The notes under the pieces: model-generated
The model's input: only the letters and a program-made list of their open reading frames with translations
Database searches by the model: none
Told to the model about the DNA's origin: nothing
Program-made: the position numbers and the translations under genes
Part shown: in pieces, positions 40,841 through 50,467 of the stretch
How the letters are laid out: each line of letters begins with the position of its first letter
How positions within the stretch are numbered: position 1 is the first letter of the stretch
Origin: Saprospirales bacterium
GTDB lineage: Bacteria; Bacteroidota; Bacteroidia; Chitinophagales; JADIYW01
Direction: 5' to 3'
Length of the DNA: 64,000 nucleotides
Assembly (NCBI GenBank): GCA_016711605.1
Contig: JADJSS010000004.1
Coordinates: 194,320-258,319, forward strand

Positions 40841-41281
40841 ATGACAAGATTTAACGTTGTATATTCCGATTCTAAAGGTGAGATAGAACGCAAAAATCTA
40901 TTGGCTTCTGAAGTGCTAGATTATTTTAAATCACTTCCATGGCAAGAATCTTTTGAAGATTGCCTTAAAACAGAAGATGCTGTTTATGATTACATGTTCA
41001 TCGTTTATTATACGGATGCAGAACAGTTAGAACAATCATTAGATATTGAGATTTTTATGGATGATGAAAATAAATCTTTAAATCAGAATATAAGTTTTGA
41101 TGTAAGTGTGTGGTATGAGAAATATATTATGAAGAAAGTATTTTTTGGATTGTTAGGTGAAAAAAAAGAAGTGAAAAATGATTCTATTATTTTAGAAAAT
41201 CAAGATACTTACAATACACTAAAATGTTTGCAATCATTTGTTCATTTGGATAGTCAATATCTGAAATCTTTGACGCAGTAA
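40841..41281 (+). CDS. hypothetical protein
   Basis: 146-aa ORF, no recognisable motif. Confidence 0.4.
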   Translation: MTRFNVVYSDSKGEIERKNLLASEVLDYFKSLPWQESFEDCLKTEDAVYDYMFIVYYTDAEQLEQSLDIEIFMDDENKSLNQNISFDVSVWYEKYIMKKVFFGLLGEKKEVKNDSIILENQDTYNTLKCLQSFVHLDSQYLKSLTQ

Positions 41282-41319
41282 TTCAACAATTCTATAATTC
41301 ATTACCTCAATAATTATCT

Positions 41320-42081
41320 TTGCAGCTCAACTATAAAAAATTCGGCGATTCAGGTTCAACCATTTTAATACTGCATGGTTTATTAGGTTCATTAGATAAT
41401 TGGCAAACGATTGCAAAACAAGTAGCAATTACACATCAAGTATACATCATTGATCAACGCAATCATGGTCGTTCGCCACACAGCGAAAATTTTAATTATG
41501 AAATTTTAGCAAAAGATATTTTAGATTTTTGTGTTGAACATAAAATTGAAAAAACAACCATCATTGGTCATTCAATGGGTGGCAAAGTTTCCATGTTATT
41601 AGCTTTGGAACATCCAACATTCATAGAAAAATTAATTGTTGTTGATATTGCTCCAACTCATTACAATGGTGGACACGAAGAAATTTTGTTTGCGATGGCT
41701 GAAGCGCCGATTCATGCAACAACTGACAGAAATGAGATTGACTTATTTTTACAAAAAAGAATTCCTGAGTTTGGAGTTCGACAATTTGTGATGAAAAATC
41801 TGTCTCGTGATGCAAATGGAAAATTTGAATGGAAATGCGACTTAGAAATCTTAATAAAAAACTACAGAGTTTTAATGGATTTTCCTTCAACTGAAAATAT
41901 ATTTTTAGGTGAATCGTATTTCATAAAAGGCGCACAATCTAATTATATAACGAATGAAAACTGGAATTCATGTTTGCATTATTTTCCAACTGCGAAATTG
42001 TTGTCTGTTGAAAATGCAGGACATTGGGTGCATGCCGAAAATCCAATTGAGTTTGTAGAAAAAATAAAATCTATTCTATAA
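41320..42081 (+). CDS. alpha/beta hydrolase
   Basis: HGLLGS, nucleophile elbow GHSMGG, C-terminal GHWVH; non-ATG start. Confidence 0.8.
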   Translation: MQLNYKKFGDSGSTILILHGLLGSLDNWQTIAKQVAITHQVYIIDQRNHGRSPHSENFNYEILAKDILDFCVEHKIEKTTIIGHSMGGKVSMLLALEHPTFIEKLIVVDIAPTHYNGGHEEILFAMAEAPIHATTDRNEIDLFLQKRIPEFGVRQFVMKNLSRDANGKFEWKCDLEILIKNYRVLMDFPSTENIFLGESYFIKGAQSNYITNENWNSCLHYFPTAKLLSVENAGHWVHAENPIEFVEKIKSIL

Positions 42082-42087
42082 AAAAAA

Positions 42088-42111
42088 CTGCTTCGATTCA
42101 CATCGAAGCAG
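42088..42111. terminator. bidirectional hairpin between convergent genes
   Basis: CTGCTTCGAT / ATCGAAGCAG 10-bp stem with A/T flanks. Confidence 0.6.
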
Positions 42112-42140
42112 TTCAAAATCACACGGCAGTTTAACAACGT

Positions 42141-42578
42141 CTATTGATTCATAGCCAATTGATCGTTATTTGATTTTTCAATTTTTTGTGTTGGCAATTC
42201 TTTCGTTTGTGAAATCATTTTTTGACCTTTTAACAAGTCGCCAACTTTACAATTTGTACCAAAAATTGCTGTTTGTTTGCCTTTCTCATTCAACAACACA
42301 ATGTTATTTCCAACAATAGTGTAACGTTGAACAGAATTGTTTTTTACTTCAATATTTGTTCGGCAATTCATTACTTTAGATTCTTTCACACAGGTGTTGT
42401 CAGAATAAAAATAATAGTTGTCAATTTGTGAAGTACACACAGCGCCGTTTGACAAATATGTTGTTTTATATTGCCAGCTAGCAATTAATTCAGTGTTGGG
42501 TTTTAATGTTGCTTTTTTGTCTGCTGCATAGTTCATCATTGTTGAGAACATCATGCAAATTAAAATTAGTTTTTTCAT
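42141..42578 (-). CDS. hypothetical secreted protein
   Basis: Signal peptide begins at MKKLILICMMFSTMMNYA (ATG 42578); the ORF extends to 42644. Confidence 0.45.
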   Translation of the reverse strand: MKKLILICMMFSTMMNYAADKKATLKPNTELIASWQYKTTYLSNGAVCTSQIDNYYFYSDNTCVKESKVMNCRTNIEVKNNSVQRYTIVGNNIVLLNEKGKQTAIFGTNCKVGDLLKGQKMISQTKELPTQKIEKSNNDQLAMNQ

Positions 42579-42758
42579 AGGAACTTGTTTTAGTTTTGTT
42601 ATTGTTATTTGATGATGTAAATATGAATCAAACTTTTTTTTCACAACGGATCTATTGAGTGAATGGCAGATTGAATGTTTAAATGGTTAAAATTGTTGTT
42701 AGAATTTATTTTTTACATTTTTAAAGTATTTTAAAGGTTCATTCGTCTTTATAATAGA

Positions 42759-43352
42759 ATGAATAATCGTACGCAAATTATAATGCAGGAAATCGACCAT
42801 CAAAACAATCAGAAAATTGAACACGTAATTTCAAAAGAGAAATCACGTTTGTTGAATTTTATTCGTCAACGAACACCAACGTTAGAAGATGCTGAAGATA
42901 TTTTGCAAGATGTATTTTATGAATTAGTACAAAGTTATCGGCTAATGAAGCCAGTAGAACAGCTAGCTTCGTGGTTGTTTACTGTAGCTCGTAACAAAAT
43001 CACCGATTCATATAGAAAGAAAAAATCAAGTTCTTTGGAAGATGTTGCGCACATGCAAGAAGAAAATGATGAACCTTTATTTTTAGCAGATATTTTAAAA
43101 AGCAATGCACTTTCAGCTGATGAGAAAATGATGAATGATTTGATTATGGAAACCATTGCAGATTGTTTAGATGAATTACCAAAAGAACAACGCGATGCAT
43201 TTGTGATGCATGAACTGGAAGATAAAAGTATGCAGCAAATTGCCGACGAAATGAATGTTTCTGTTAAAACGGTTATCTCACGAAAACGTTATGCTGTATT
43301 GTTTTTGCGCGAACGATTACAATTCATTTACAAACAAATTTTAAACAATTAA
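42759..43352 (+). CDS. ECF-type RNA polymerase sigma-70 factor
   Basis: Region 2 (DAEDILQDVFYEL...WLFTVARNKITDSYR) and region 4 (LPKEQRDAFVMHELEDKSMQQIADEMNVSVKTV). Confidence 0.85.
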   Translation: MNNRTQIIMQEIDHQNNQKIEHVISKEKSRLLNFIRQRTPTLEDAEDILQDVFYELVQSYRLMKPVEQLASWLFTVARNKITDSYRKKKSSSLEDVAHMQEENDEPLFLADILKSNALSADEKMMNDLIMETIADCLDELPKEQRDAFVMHELEDKSMQQIADEMNVSVKTVISRKRYAVLFLRERLQFIYKQILNN

Positions 43353-43362
43353 AAAAATAAAA

Positions 43363-43728
43363 ATGAACAAGAAATTTTGGATTTTTAAAGCAATAAAAAT
43401 TGCAATCATGGTTACACTATTTATTAATGTAGCTGGTTTTGGTACCATGTATTTATGGAATTGGTTGATGCCACTTTTATTTAAATTGCCTGCAATTACA
43501 TTCTTGCAAGCTATTGGTTTGTTAGTATTGTCTAAAATCTTATTTGGTGGTTTTAGAGGTCGCGGTGGTCGATTTGGTGCTGGTCGCGCTAGATGGCAAC
43601 AACGAATGCAACAAAAATTTGCAAACATGACACCTGAAGAAAAAGAAATGTTTAAAACCAAAATGCAAGGTAGATGTGGCAATAGATTTAGTGGTTTTGA
43701 AGATGGAACTGTGGTTACGCAAGAATAG
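43363..43728 (+). CDS. small membrane protein with Arg/Gly-rich segment (candidate anti-sigma partner)
   Basis: Two TM helices, then GGFRGRGGRFGAGRARWQQRMQQ; 10 nt downstream of the sigma gene. Confidence 0.4.
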   Translation: MNKKFWIFKAIKIAIMVTLFINVAGFGTMYLWNWLMPLLFKLPAITFLQAIGLLVLSKILFGGFRGRGGRFGAGRARWQQRMQQKFANMTPEEKEMFKTKMQGRCGNRFSGFEDGTVVTQE

Positions 43729-43740
43729 TTGTACTTTATT

Positions 43741-43771
43741 AAAAAGAGAAATCGTATTGGTTTCTCTTTTT
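43741..43771 (+). terminator. rho-independent terminator after the sigma operon
   Basis: AAAAAGAGAAA / TTTCTCTTTTT stem followed by T-rich sequence. Confidence 0.6.
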
Positions 43772-43822
43772 AAATTTTTTCTAAGAATAGCTTATTCGTA
43801 TCTTACGAAATAAATTTATACA

Positions 43823-44761
43823 ATGTTTAAGAAAATTTTTATTTCCGCTTTTATTATAGTTGCAGCAGTTTTTTTGTTTATGTGTTATGGAAGAAAGAAT
43901 CTGCATATCTCTAAAGAAACTATAAAAGCAACCTATAGCTTACCAAATTCTCATTTTATAAAATGGAATAATGGTGAAATTCATTATACAGAAAGTGGAA
44001 AAGGTTTTCCTATTTTAATGATTCATGGATTTGGTGGTAGCAATTATGATTTCAAGCAATTAGATTCTTTGCTAAATGATCAATTCAGAATAATCCGAAT
44101 TGATTTACCAGGTTTTGGTATGTCTGATTTTCCAAATCAATTGTTAAATGAAAAAAGCTATACAGATATCTATAAAGATTATTTTACTTTTTTAATAGAT
44201 ACGTTGCATTTAGATTCCATGTATGTGATGGGAAATTCATTAGGTGGAATGATGGCTTGGAATGTAACGGTAAATCATCCTGAAAATGTAAAAAAATTAA
44301 TTCTGTTTAATAGTGCTGGTTATGATATGAAAGAGGTAATAAAATCTGCTAATGCTGATATTTTTACTCATTCTTGGGTACGTATGATGCTGAGAAATGG
44401 ATTGCCTTTATTTATGACGAGCAAAGGTGTGCATCGCATATTTTACAATCCTTCAGTGGTGCCTAAAGAAAAAATGGTTCGAATGAATGCTCTGTGGAAT
44501 CGTGATGGAAACTTAAATCATTTAATGAGCATGGCTTCTTCTGATAAGTATGTAGATGAATCATTAATTAAAACAATTACTTGTCCGACACTGATAATTT
44601 GGGGCAAGCAAGATGTTGTTGTTTCACTAAAGTATGCCGAATATTTTCATCGTGATATTAAAAACAGTCGTGTAATAGTATATGATTCTTGTGGACATGT
44701 TCCGATGGTGGAAAAACCATTACAAGTAAAAACAGATGTGTTGGAATTTTTGAAAGAATAA
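43823..44761 (+). CDS. alpha/beta hydrolase
   Basis: HGFGGS, GNSLGG nucleophile elbow, CGHVP. Confidence 0.8.
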   Translation: MFKKIFISAFIIVAAVFLFMCYGRKNLHISKETIKATYSLPNSHFIKWNNGEIHYTESGKGFPILMIHGFGGSNYDFKQLDSLLNDQFRIIRIDLPGFGMSDFPNQLLNEKSYTDIYKDYFTFLIDTLHLDSMYVMGNSLGGMMAWNVTVNHPENVKKLILFNSAGYDMKEVIKSANADIFTHSWVRMMLRNGLPLFMTSKGVHRIFYNPSVVPKEKMVRMNALWNRDGNLNHLMSMASSDKYVDESLIKTITCPTLIIWGKQDVVVSLKYAEYFHRDIKNSRVIVYDSCGHVPMVEKPLQVKTDVLEFLKE

Positions 44762-44775
44762 CAATTAACTTTTCT

Positions 44776-45684
44776 CTATTTCTTAAATCTTGGATGGTGC
44801 ATAGATAAAGATTCCTTTAAATACTGCTGATCTAAATGCGTGTAAATTTCTGTAGTTGTAATAGAAGCATGACCAAGCATTTGTTGAATAGCACGCAAGT
44901 CTGCACCACCTTCAATTAAATGAGTTGCAAATGAATGTCGAAAGGTGTGTGGTGAAATGCTTTTATTTAAACCAATTTTTTCTGCTAATTTTTTTATCAC
45001 CAAAAATACCATAACACGTGAAATTGGAGCACCACGTCGGTTTAAAAAAAGTATATCCGAATATTTTGCATATTGTGGTAATTTATTGCGAACATGATCT
45101 AAATATATATCAATGTGCTTGATTGCCTCGCTGCCAATAGGCACTAATCTTTCTTTGTTTCCTTTTCCAATTACACGTATAAATTCTACGTCTTTATAAA
45201 TATGTGAAATGCGCAAATTAATCATCTCTGTTACGCGTAAACCACTGCTGTATAAAGTTTCAAGCATGGCTTTGTTTCGTATATTTTCATCTTTACTTAA
45301 ATCTAAAGCACCAATTAGTTTTTCTATTTCTTCAAACGAAAGTGTATCTGGCAGTTTTTTTCCAAGTTTTGGTCCTTCAATTAAAGCAGTCGGATCTTCT
45401 TTTATATAATCATCAATTACCAAGTATTTATAAAATGCTTTTAAGCCAGAAATTATGCGCGCCTGACTTCTGTCAGCCAAACCTAAATCATGCAAATGCG
45501 CCAAAAAATGTTCTAAATCTTGTAACGATAAATCGTCTGGTTTTGCATCGTTTTTTTCTAACAATAAATAATTTTGTAGTAATTGTACATCATGTAAATA
45601 TGCTTCAATAGAATTTGATGATAAGGATTTTTCAATCTTTAAATACGATTCAAAATTTTTAATATAATGATTCCAATTAGACAT
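44776..45684 (-). CDS. xerD: site-specific tyrosine recombinase XerD
   Basis: SSGLRVTE, HTFRHSFATHL, LGHASITTTEIYTH catalytic region; housekeeping length. Confidence 0.85.
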   Translation of the reverse strand: MSNWNHYIKNFESYLKIEKSLSSNSIEAYLHDVQLLQNYLLLEKNDAKPDDLSLQDLEHFLAHLHDLGLADRSQARIISGLKAFYKYLVIDDYIKEDPTALIEGPKLGKKLPDTLSFEEIEKLIGALDLSKDENIRNKAMLETLYSSGLRVTEMINLRISHIYKDVEFIRVIGKGNKERLVPIGSEAIKHIDIYLDHVRNKLPQYAKYSDILFLNRRGAPISRVMVFLVIKKLAEKIGLNKSISPHTFRHSFATHLIEGGADLRAIQQMLGHASITTTEIYTHLDQQYLKESLSMHHPRFKK

Positions 45685-45786
45685 AGTTGTATATGCAAGA
45701 TATGAGAAATGAGATAATGGAATTTAGTTTTTATGATTTATTTTTTATCTTGTATCTCTATTCTCATTTTTAAAATATCTTTTTCA

Positions 45787-46203
45787 GTGAAAAAAATTAT
45801 CATCATCAACGGACCTAATTTAAATTTATTAGGCAAACGCGAGCCATCGGTTTATGGTTCTGAGACTTTTGAACATTTTTTAGAAGAAATGAAATCAAAA
45901 TATGCGAATCTGGAAATTTCCTATTTCCAAAATAATATAGAAGGTGAATTGATTAATAAACTGCACGAAGTTGGTTTTTCATACGATGGAATTGTATTAA
46001 ATGCTGCTGGTTACACGCACACATCAATTGCCATTGCAGATGCGATTCGAGCTATAAAAACACCAGTAATTGAAGTGCATATCAGCAATACGTTTTCAAG
46101 AGAAGAGTTTCGTCATCATTCATTTATTTCGCCAGTTTCTAAAGGTGTCATCGTTGGCTTTGGTTTAAAAAGCTATGAGTTAGCGTTGAAGTATTTTGAG
46201 TAA
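45787..46203 (+). CDS. aroQ: type II 3-dehydroquinate dehydratase
   Basis: IIIINGPNLNLLGKREPSVYG, NAAGYTHTS, EVHISN; probable GTG start at 45787 (ORF from 45733). Confidence 0.9.
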   Translation: MKKIIIINGPNLNLLGKREPSVYGSETFEHFLEEMKSKYANLEISYFQNNIEGELINKLHEVGFSYDGIVLNAAGYTHTSIAIADAIRAIKTPVIEVHISNTFSREEFRHHSFISPVSKGVIVGFGLKSYELALKYFE

Positions 46204-46471
46204 AAAATATTAACAATAGGATTCTTAAGTTTTTTCTAAGTTTGTGTAAGCGTAAGTTTAAAAATTTTAGATGATAAAAAACAGAGAATATTTTCTGAAA
46301 ATTATGATATTTGCAAAAATCTTTAGTTAAAAGTTAGGTGCAGAACGTTTACCGAATCTTATTAAATACATCTAGCACCACCTTCGTCATTGACTAACAC
46401 TTTCATTCCGAATTATTTCGATCTCTTTAAACTAAAGCAAATTTGTATATTATGCAGCATTTAGTTCTCTT

Positions 46472-47727
46472 TTAGATAGATATTTTAGTAAAAACTATTT
46501 TTTTATGTTTATTAGATCGGTTTTTATTAAACCGTTTCTTACCGTTTCCAAACGATTTTTTGTTTGATTTTTTTCTCGGCTCATAAGCTGGTGCTTCGCC
46601 AAATTCTGCTGGCAATTCTGCTTTCGGAACTTCTTTACCAAGCAATTCTTCAATCACCAATAATTTTGATTGTTCTGCTTCGCTTACCAATGTAATAGCA
46701 GTTCCTTCTGTTTCTGCTCGTGCCGTTCTGCCAATTCTGTGTACATAATCTTCGCCATCGTTCGGCACATCATAATTAATAACTAAATCAATATCTTCAA
46801 TATCAATACCGCGCGATATAACATCTGTAGCAATTATTATATGTGTTTTACCACTTCTAAAATTCAACAACACCTTCTCACGTTCGTCTTGTTCTAAATC
46901 AGAATGAATTTCTTCGTTATTTATTTTTGCTCGATTTAGTTCTTTACTCAAATTTTTAACGCTTTCTTTTCTTGAACAAAAAACTACGATTTTATTATAA
47001 TTTACATCTTTCAGTAAATATTTTATCAATGGAATTTTTTGCGGCTCATAAACGATATAAGCTTTTTGAATTATTTTTTCTGGTGGTTTGGATATTGAAA
47101 TATTTATTTGTTCAGGATTTTTTAAAATTTTCAAACCCATTTCACGCATTTTTGGTGGCATCGTTGCAGAAAATAAAAGCGTTTGTCTTTCTACAGGTAA
47201 AAACGAAATGATACGCATAATATCATCATAAAAACCCATGTCAAGCATTCGATCTGCTTCATCTAAAACAAGATGTTTTAGTTTTTTTATTTTGACGTAA
47301 TCAGAAGCTAAATGACTAATCATTTTCCTGGTGTACAAATCACAATATCAACACCATTAGAAAGTGCGCGTTTTTCCTGTTCAAATGAAATTCCGTCTTT
47401 TCCACCATAAATTGCAATTGAAGAAATAGGTGTAAAGTACGAAAACGCTTCAAGGTTTTGAGCAATTTGAATGGCCAGCTCACGAGTAGGTACAATCACT
47501 AATGAATTGATTTCGTCTTCGTGATGCTCAGTAGTAATTAATTCGTTGATGATAGGCAATAAAAACGCAGCGGTTTTTCCAGTTCCAGTTTGAGCAGATG
47601 CAATTACATCTTTTCCTGCTGTAATAATCGGAATTACTTGCTCTTGCACTGCCGTGGCAAGTTTATAATTCATCGCATCGATACCTTCTAATAATCGCTC
47701 ATCAAATCCAAAGTCTTTAAAATCCAA
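46472..47727 (-). CDS. DEAD-box ATP-dependent RNA helicase (one frameshift in the A-run near 47330)
   Basis: AQTGTGKTAAF, PTRELA, VLDEADRMLDMGF, SAT, RGIDI, HRIGRTAR; TPGK-MISHL is restored by adding one A. Confidence 0.9.
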
Positions 47728-47784
47728 TTTTTTATGAAATTATAAAATGAAAAAAATATTAGGTGCTAAGATACGCTTTGTTCA

Positions 47785-48480
47785 TTACATCGGAACACTG
47801 CTGTTTTTCTTTATGTCTCGTTCTCCAAAAATAGCAGAACCAACACGAATAATGGTAGCACCACATTCAAGTGCTATTTGATAATCACTACTCATACCCA
47901 TAGATAATTCCTTAAATTCAGTGTTATTTTTAAAATAGGTAGATTTTAGCTCATCAAAAAAACGCTTTAAACCAGTAAATTCATTTTTTATTAAGATTTG
48001 ACTTTTTGTATTGGTTGCCATACCCATTAAACCAACAATTCTGATGTTTTTTAATGCGTCAAATGCTTTAATATCCAAATGGTCAATCAATTCTTCTTCA
48101 GAAAAACCAGATTTACTCGTTTCTGCTGCTATGTAGATTTCCAATAAAACATCAATAACTCTATTGTTTTTTAATGCTTGTTTATTAATCTCAATAGCCA
48201 ATTTCAAACTATCAACAGAGTGTATTAGATGAATAAACGGTGCAATATATTTTACTTTATTAGTTTGCAAGGTACCAACCATGTGCCATTCAATATCTTT
48301 TGGCAATACTTCGTATTTAGCTACTAAATCCTGTACTTTATTTTCACCAAATACTTTTTGTCCATGGTTATACGCTTCTAAAATTAATTCAACAGGTTTT
48401 GTTTTTGAAATCGCAACTAGTTTGCTGTTTTTTAATTTTGCTAATTTTATTATATCTTGCAAAGCAGAAAAGTCTATCAT
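47785..48480 (-). CDS. yggS: YggS family pyridoxal-phosphate-dependent protein
   Basis: LVAISKTKP, FGENKVQ, WHMVGTLQTNK, SMGMSSDY. Confidence 0.85.
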   Translation of the reverse strand: MIDFSALQDIIKLAKLKNSKLVAISKTKPVELILEAYNHGQKVFGENKVQDLVAKYEVLPKDIEWHMVGTLQTNKVKYIAPFIHLIHSVDSLKLAIEINKQALKNNRVIDVLLEIYIAAETSKSGFSEEELIDHLDIKAFDALKNIRIVGLMGMATNTKSQILIKNEFTGLKRFFDELKSTYFKNNTEFKELSMGMSSDYQIALECGATIIRVGSAIFGERDIKKNSSVPM

Positions 48481-48486
48481 ATCAAC

Positions 48487-48936
48487 ATGTTTAAGTTACT
48501 ACAAAAATATAGTTCTAAATTAGTATTCTTTACATTTATCACCATATTTATTTTATCGTGTGCTCAAAAATCAAAGTATGACAAGCATCAAAGAGTATTA
48601 TCTGACACTAAAATGATAGTTATTCTAGAAGATGTTTTAATTATGGAATCATATGTGATGGAAAAATTGCCAAATCTTCGTACAGATTCGTTAAATGCAA
48701 TAAAAAATAAGTTTTACGCTGAAATTTTCAAAAAACATAAGGTTGATAGTGCATCTTTTTATTCAACGTTATACTATTTTCAAGTGAGACCAATAGAATT
48801 CGATTCATTATTAAATAAAGTTGATATAAAATTAAGTAAAATAGTACCTAAAGACACAACACGAGTAATTCAAACGCCACAAATGTTGCCAACTGGCTTG
48901 CCTGTCGGAAATGTTGTTGACGAAGAAAAAAATTAA
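48487..48936 (+). CDS. DUF4296-like lipoprotein
   Basis: Lipobox FILSCA; ATG at 48487 avoids overlap with yggS. Confidence 0.5.
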   Translation: MFKLLQKYSSKLVFFTFITIFILSCAQKSKYDKHQRVLSDTKMIVILEDVLIMESYVMEKLPNLRTDSLNAIKNKFYAEIFKKHKVDSASFYSTLYYFQVRPIEFDSLLNKVDIKLSKIVPKDTTRVIQTPQMLPTGLPVGNVVDEEKN

Positions 48937-49028
48937 AGGAACAATTTGCTAAACATTTTCCCAGATTAAATGAAAATTTAAATAAAGATTCCTTATAAAT
49001 TTGTTATTTTAACCTCCTAAAAATTCAT

Positions 49029-50006
49029 ATGCAAATCAGAAATAATTGGACATTTTCAGAAATTCAAGAAATATATCATCAGCCACTATTAGAGTTGATG
49101 TATCAGGCAGCAACCGTACATCGAAACTTCAACCAAACTGGTGAAGTGCAGGTATGTACGCTTTTATCAGTTAAAACAGGTGGCTGCTCTGAAGATTGTG
49201 CGTATTGTCCACAAGCAGCTCGCTACCACACCAACGTAAAAGCACATAAATTATTGAAAGTTGATGAAGTGCTGGAAAAAGCCAATGAAGCCAAACAAAA
49301 TGGTTCTACACGGTTTTGTATGGGTGCTGCCTGGCGCGAAGTACGCGATAACCGCGATTTCGACAATGTACTAGAAATGGTGAAAGGTGTGAACGAAATT
49401 GGATTAGAAGTTTGCTGCACCATGGGTATGTTGACCGAAGAACAAGCCGACAAATTGAAAAATGCTGGTTTATATGCGTATAACCACAATTTAGATACGT
49501 CTGAAGATAATTACGAAAACATCATTACCACACGCACGTTTGAAGAAAGATTGAACACGATTGGAAATGTGCGTAAAGCTGGAATCAGCGTTTGCAGTGG
49601 TGGAATCATCGGAATGGGTGAGAGCCATGACGCCAGAATTGGTATGATTCATACATTAGCTACCTTGCCAGAACATCCTGAATCGGTGCCTGTTAATGCT
49701 TTAGTAGCGGTTGAAGGAACACCTTTGGAAAACATGAAACGTGTTTCCGTTTTTGAAATGGTACGTATGATTGCAACTGTTCGCATTACCATGCCTAAAA
49801 CCATGGTGCGTTTAAGCGCTGGACGCTTAGATATGCCAGTGTCTGAGCAAGCGCTGTGCTTTATGGCTGGTGCAAACTCTATTTTTGCTGGTGATAAATT
49901 GCTGACAACACCAAATCCAACCTTTACCGATGATATGGCAATGTTTGAATTATTAGGTTTAAAACCACGAGAAGCATTTAAAAAGGAAATGGCTTTGTCT
50001 AATTAA
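49029..50006 (+). CDS. bioB: biotin synthase
   Basis: Radical-SAM [10 protein letters not shown]; full-length BioB pattern. Confidence 0.95.
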   Translation: MQIRNNWTFSEIQEIYHQPLLELMYQAATVHRNFNQTGEVQVCTLLSVKTGGCSEDCAYCPQAARYHTNVKAHKLLKVDEVLEKANEAKQNGSTRFCMGAAWREVRDNRDFDNVLEMVKGVNEIGLEVCCTMGMLTEEQADKLKNAGLYAYNHNLDTSEDNYENIITTRTFEERLNTIGNVRKAGISVCSGGIIGMGESHDARIGMIHTLATLPEHPESVPVNALVAVEGTPLENMKRVSVFEMVRMIATVRITMPKTMVRLSAGRLDMPVSEQALCFMAGANSIFAGDKLLTTPNPTFTDDMAMFELLGLKPREAFKKEMALSN

Positions 50007-50024
50007 AATATAAATAGTCAAAAA

Positions 50025-50166
50025 TAACCACTTAAGGCACATAAGTAACTTAAGTTATAATATAGAAGATTTCAAAAATAGGAAAGTAAGAAAGCTTAGT
50101 TTTCTTCCGAAGTTTCAAAACTATTTTAGATTATTACCTTAAATTTTCTTTTTTCTTATGTTTCTT
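50025..50166. repeat. MITE-like element (~142 bp) with near-perfect ~21-bp terminal inverted repeats
   Basis: TAACCACTTAAGGCACATAAG ... CTTATGTTTCTTAAGTGGTTA; related to 9271..9414. Confidence 0.6.
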
Positions 50167-50219
50167 AAGTGGTTAAAAATTCAGACTACTATTTTATTAT
50201 TTTATTGAAATAGGTCGAT

Positions 50220-50429
50220 TTAGGGTCTTGAACTGGTGCGTTAGGGTCTCAAACCCTAAATTTAGGGTCAACAACCCTAAAGTTAAGGTCTCAAACCCTA
50301 ATTTTAGGGTCTGGAATCCTAAAGTTAAGGTCTGCAATCCTAAATTAAAGGTCTCAAACCCTAACGTTAGCGTCTAGAACCCTAACGTTGGAGTTCAGAA
50401 CCCTAACGATAGGTTTTAGAACCCTAAAT
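50220..50429. repeat. tandem array of ten 21-bp units, each a 7-bp-stem palindrome (consensus TTAGGGTCTCAAACCCTAA)
   Basis: Unit starts at 50220, 50241, 50262, 50283, 50304, 50325, 50346, 50367, 50388 and 50409 (exact 21-bp phase); the outer units are degenerate. Confidence 0.9.
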
Positions 50430-50467
50430 CAGCATGTTGAATTTTATTTATTTTCTTTGAAATTAAA

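Noticed and set aside
44776-45684. Tyrosine recombinase as a marker of an integrated mobile element
   Set aside because: The sequence and length fit housekeeping XerD. It is flanked by ordinary genes (aroQ, a hydrolase) with no att-like repeats, tRNA or cargo genes.
46204-46471. 268-bp convergent intergenic region examined for a tRNA or small RNA
   Set aside because: There is no cloverleaf-compatible arms, T-loop (GTTCRANYC) or strong hairpin, and nothing I can support beyond being non-coding.
50220-50429. Possible CRISPR array or telomere-like TTAGGG repeat
   Set aside because: The units are contiguous with a 21-bp period and no unique spacers. No cas genes or leader are nearby. TTAGGG occurs only as one arm of a palindrome, not as a head-to-tail hexamer tract. 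It is kept as a finding as a palindromic tandem array instead.
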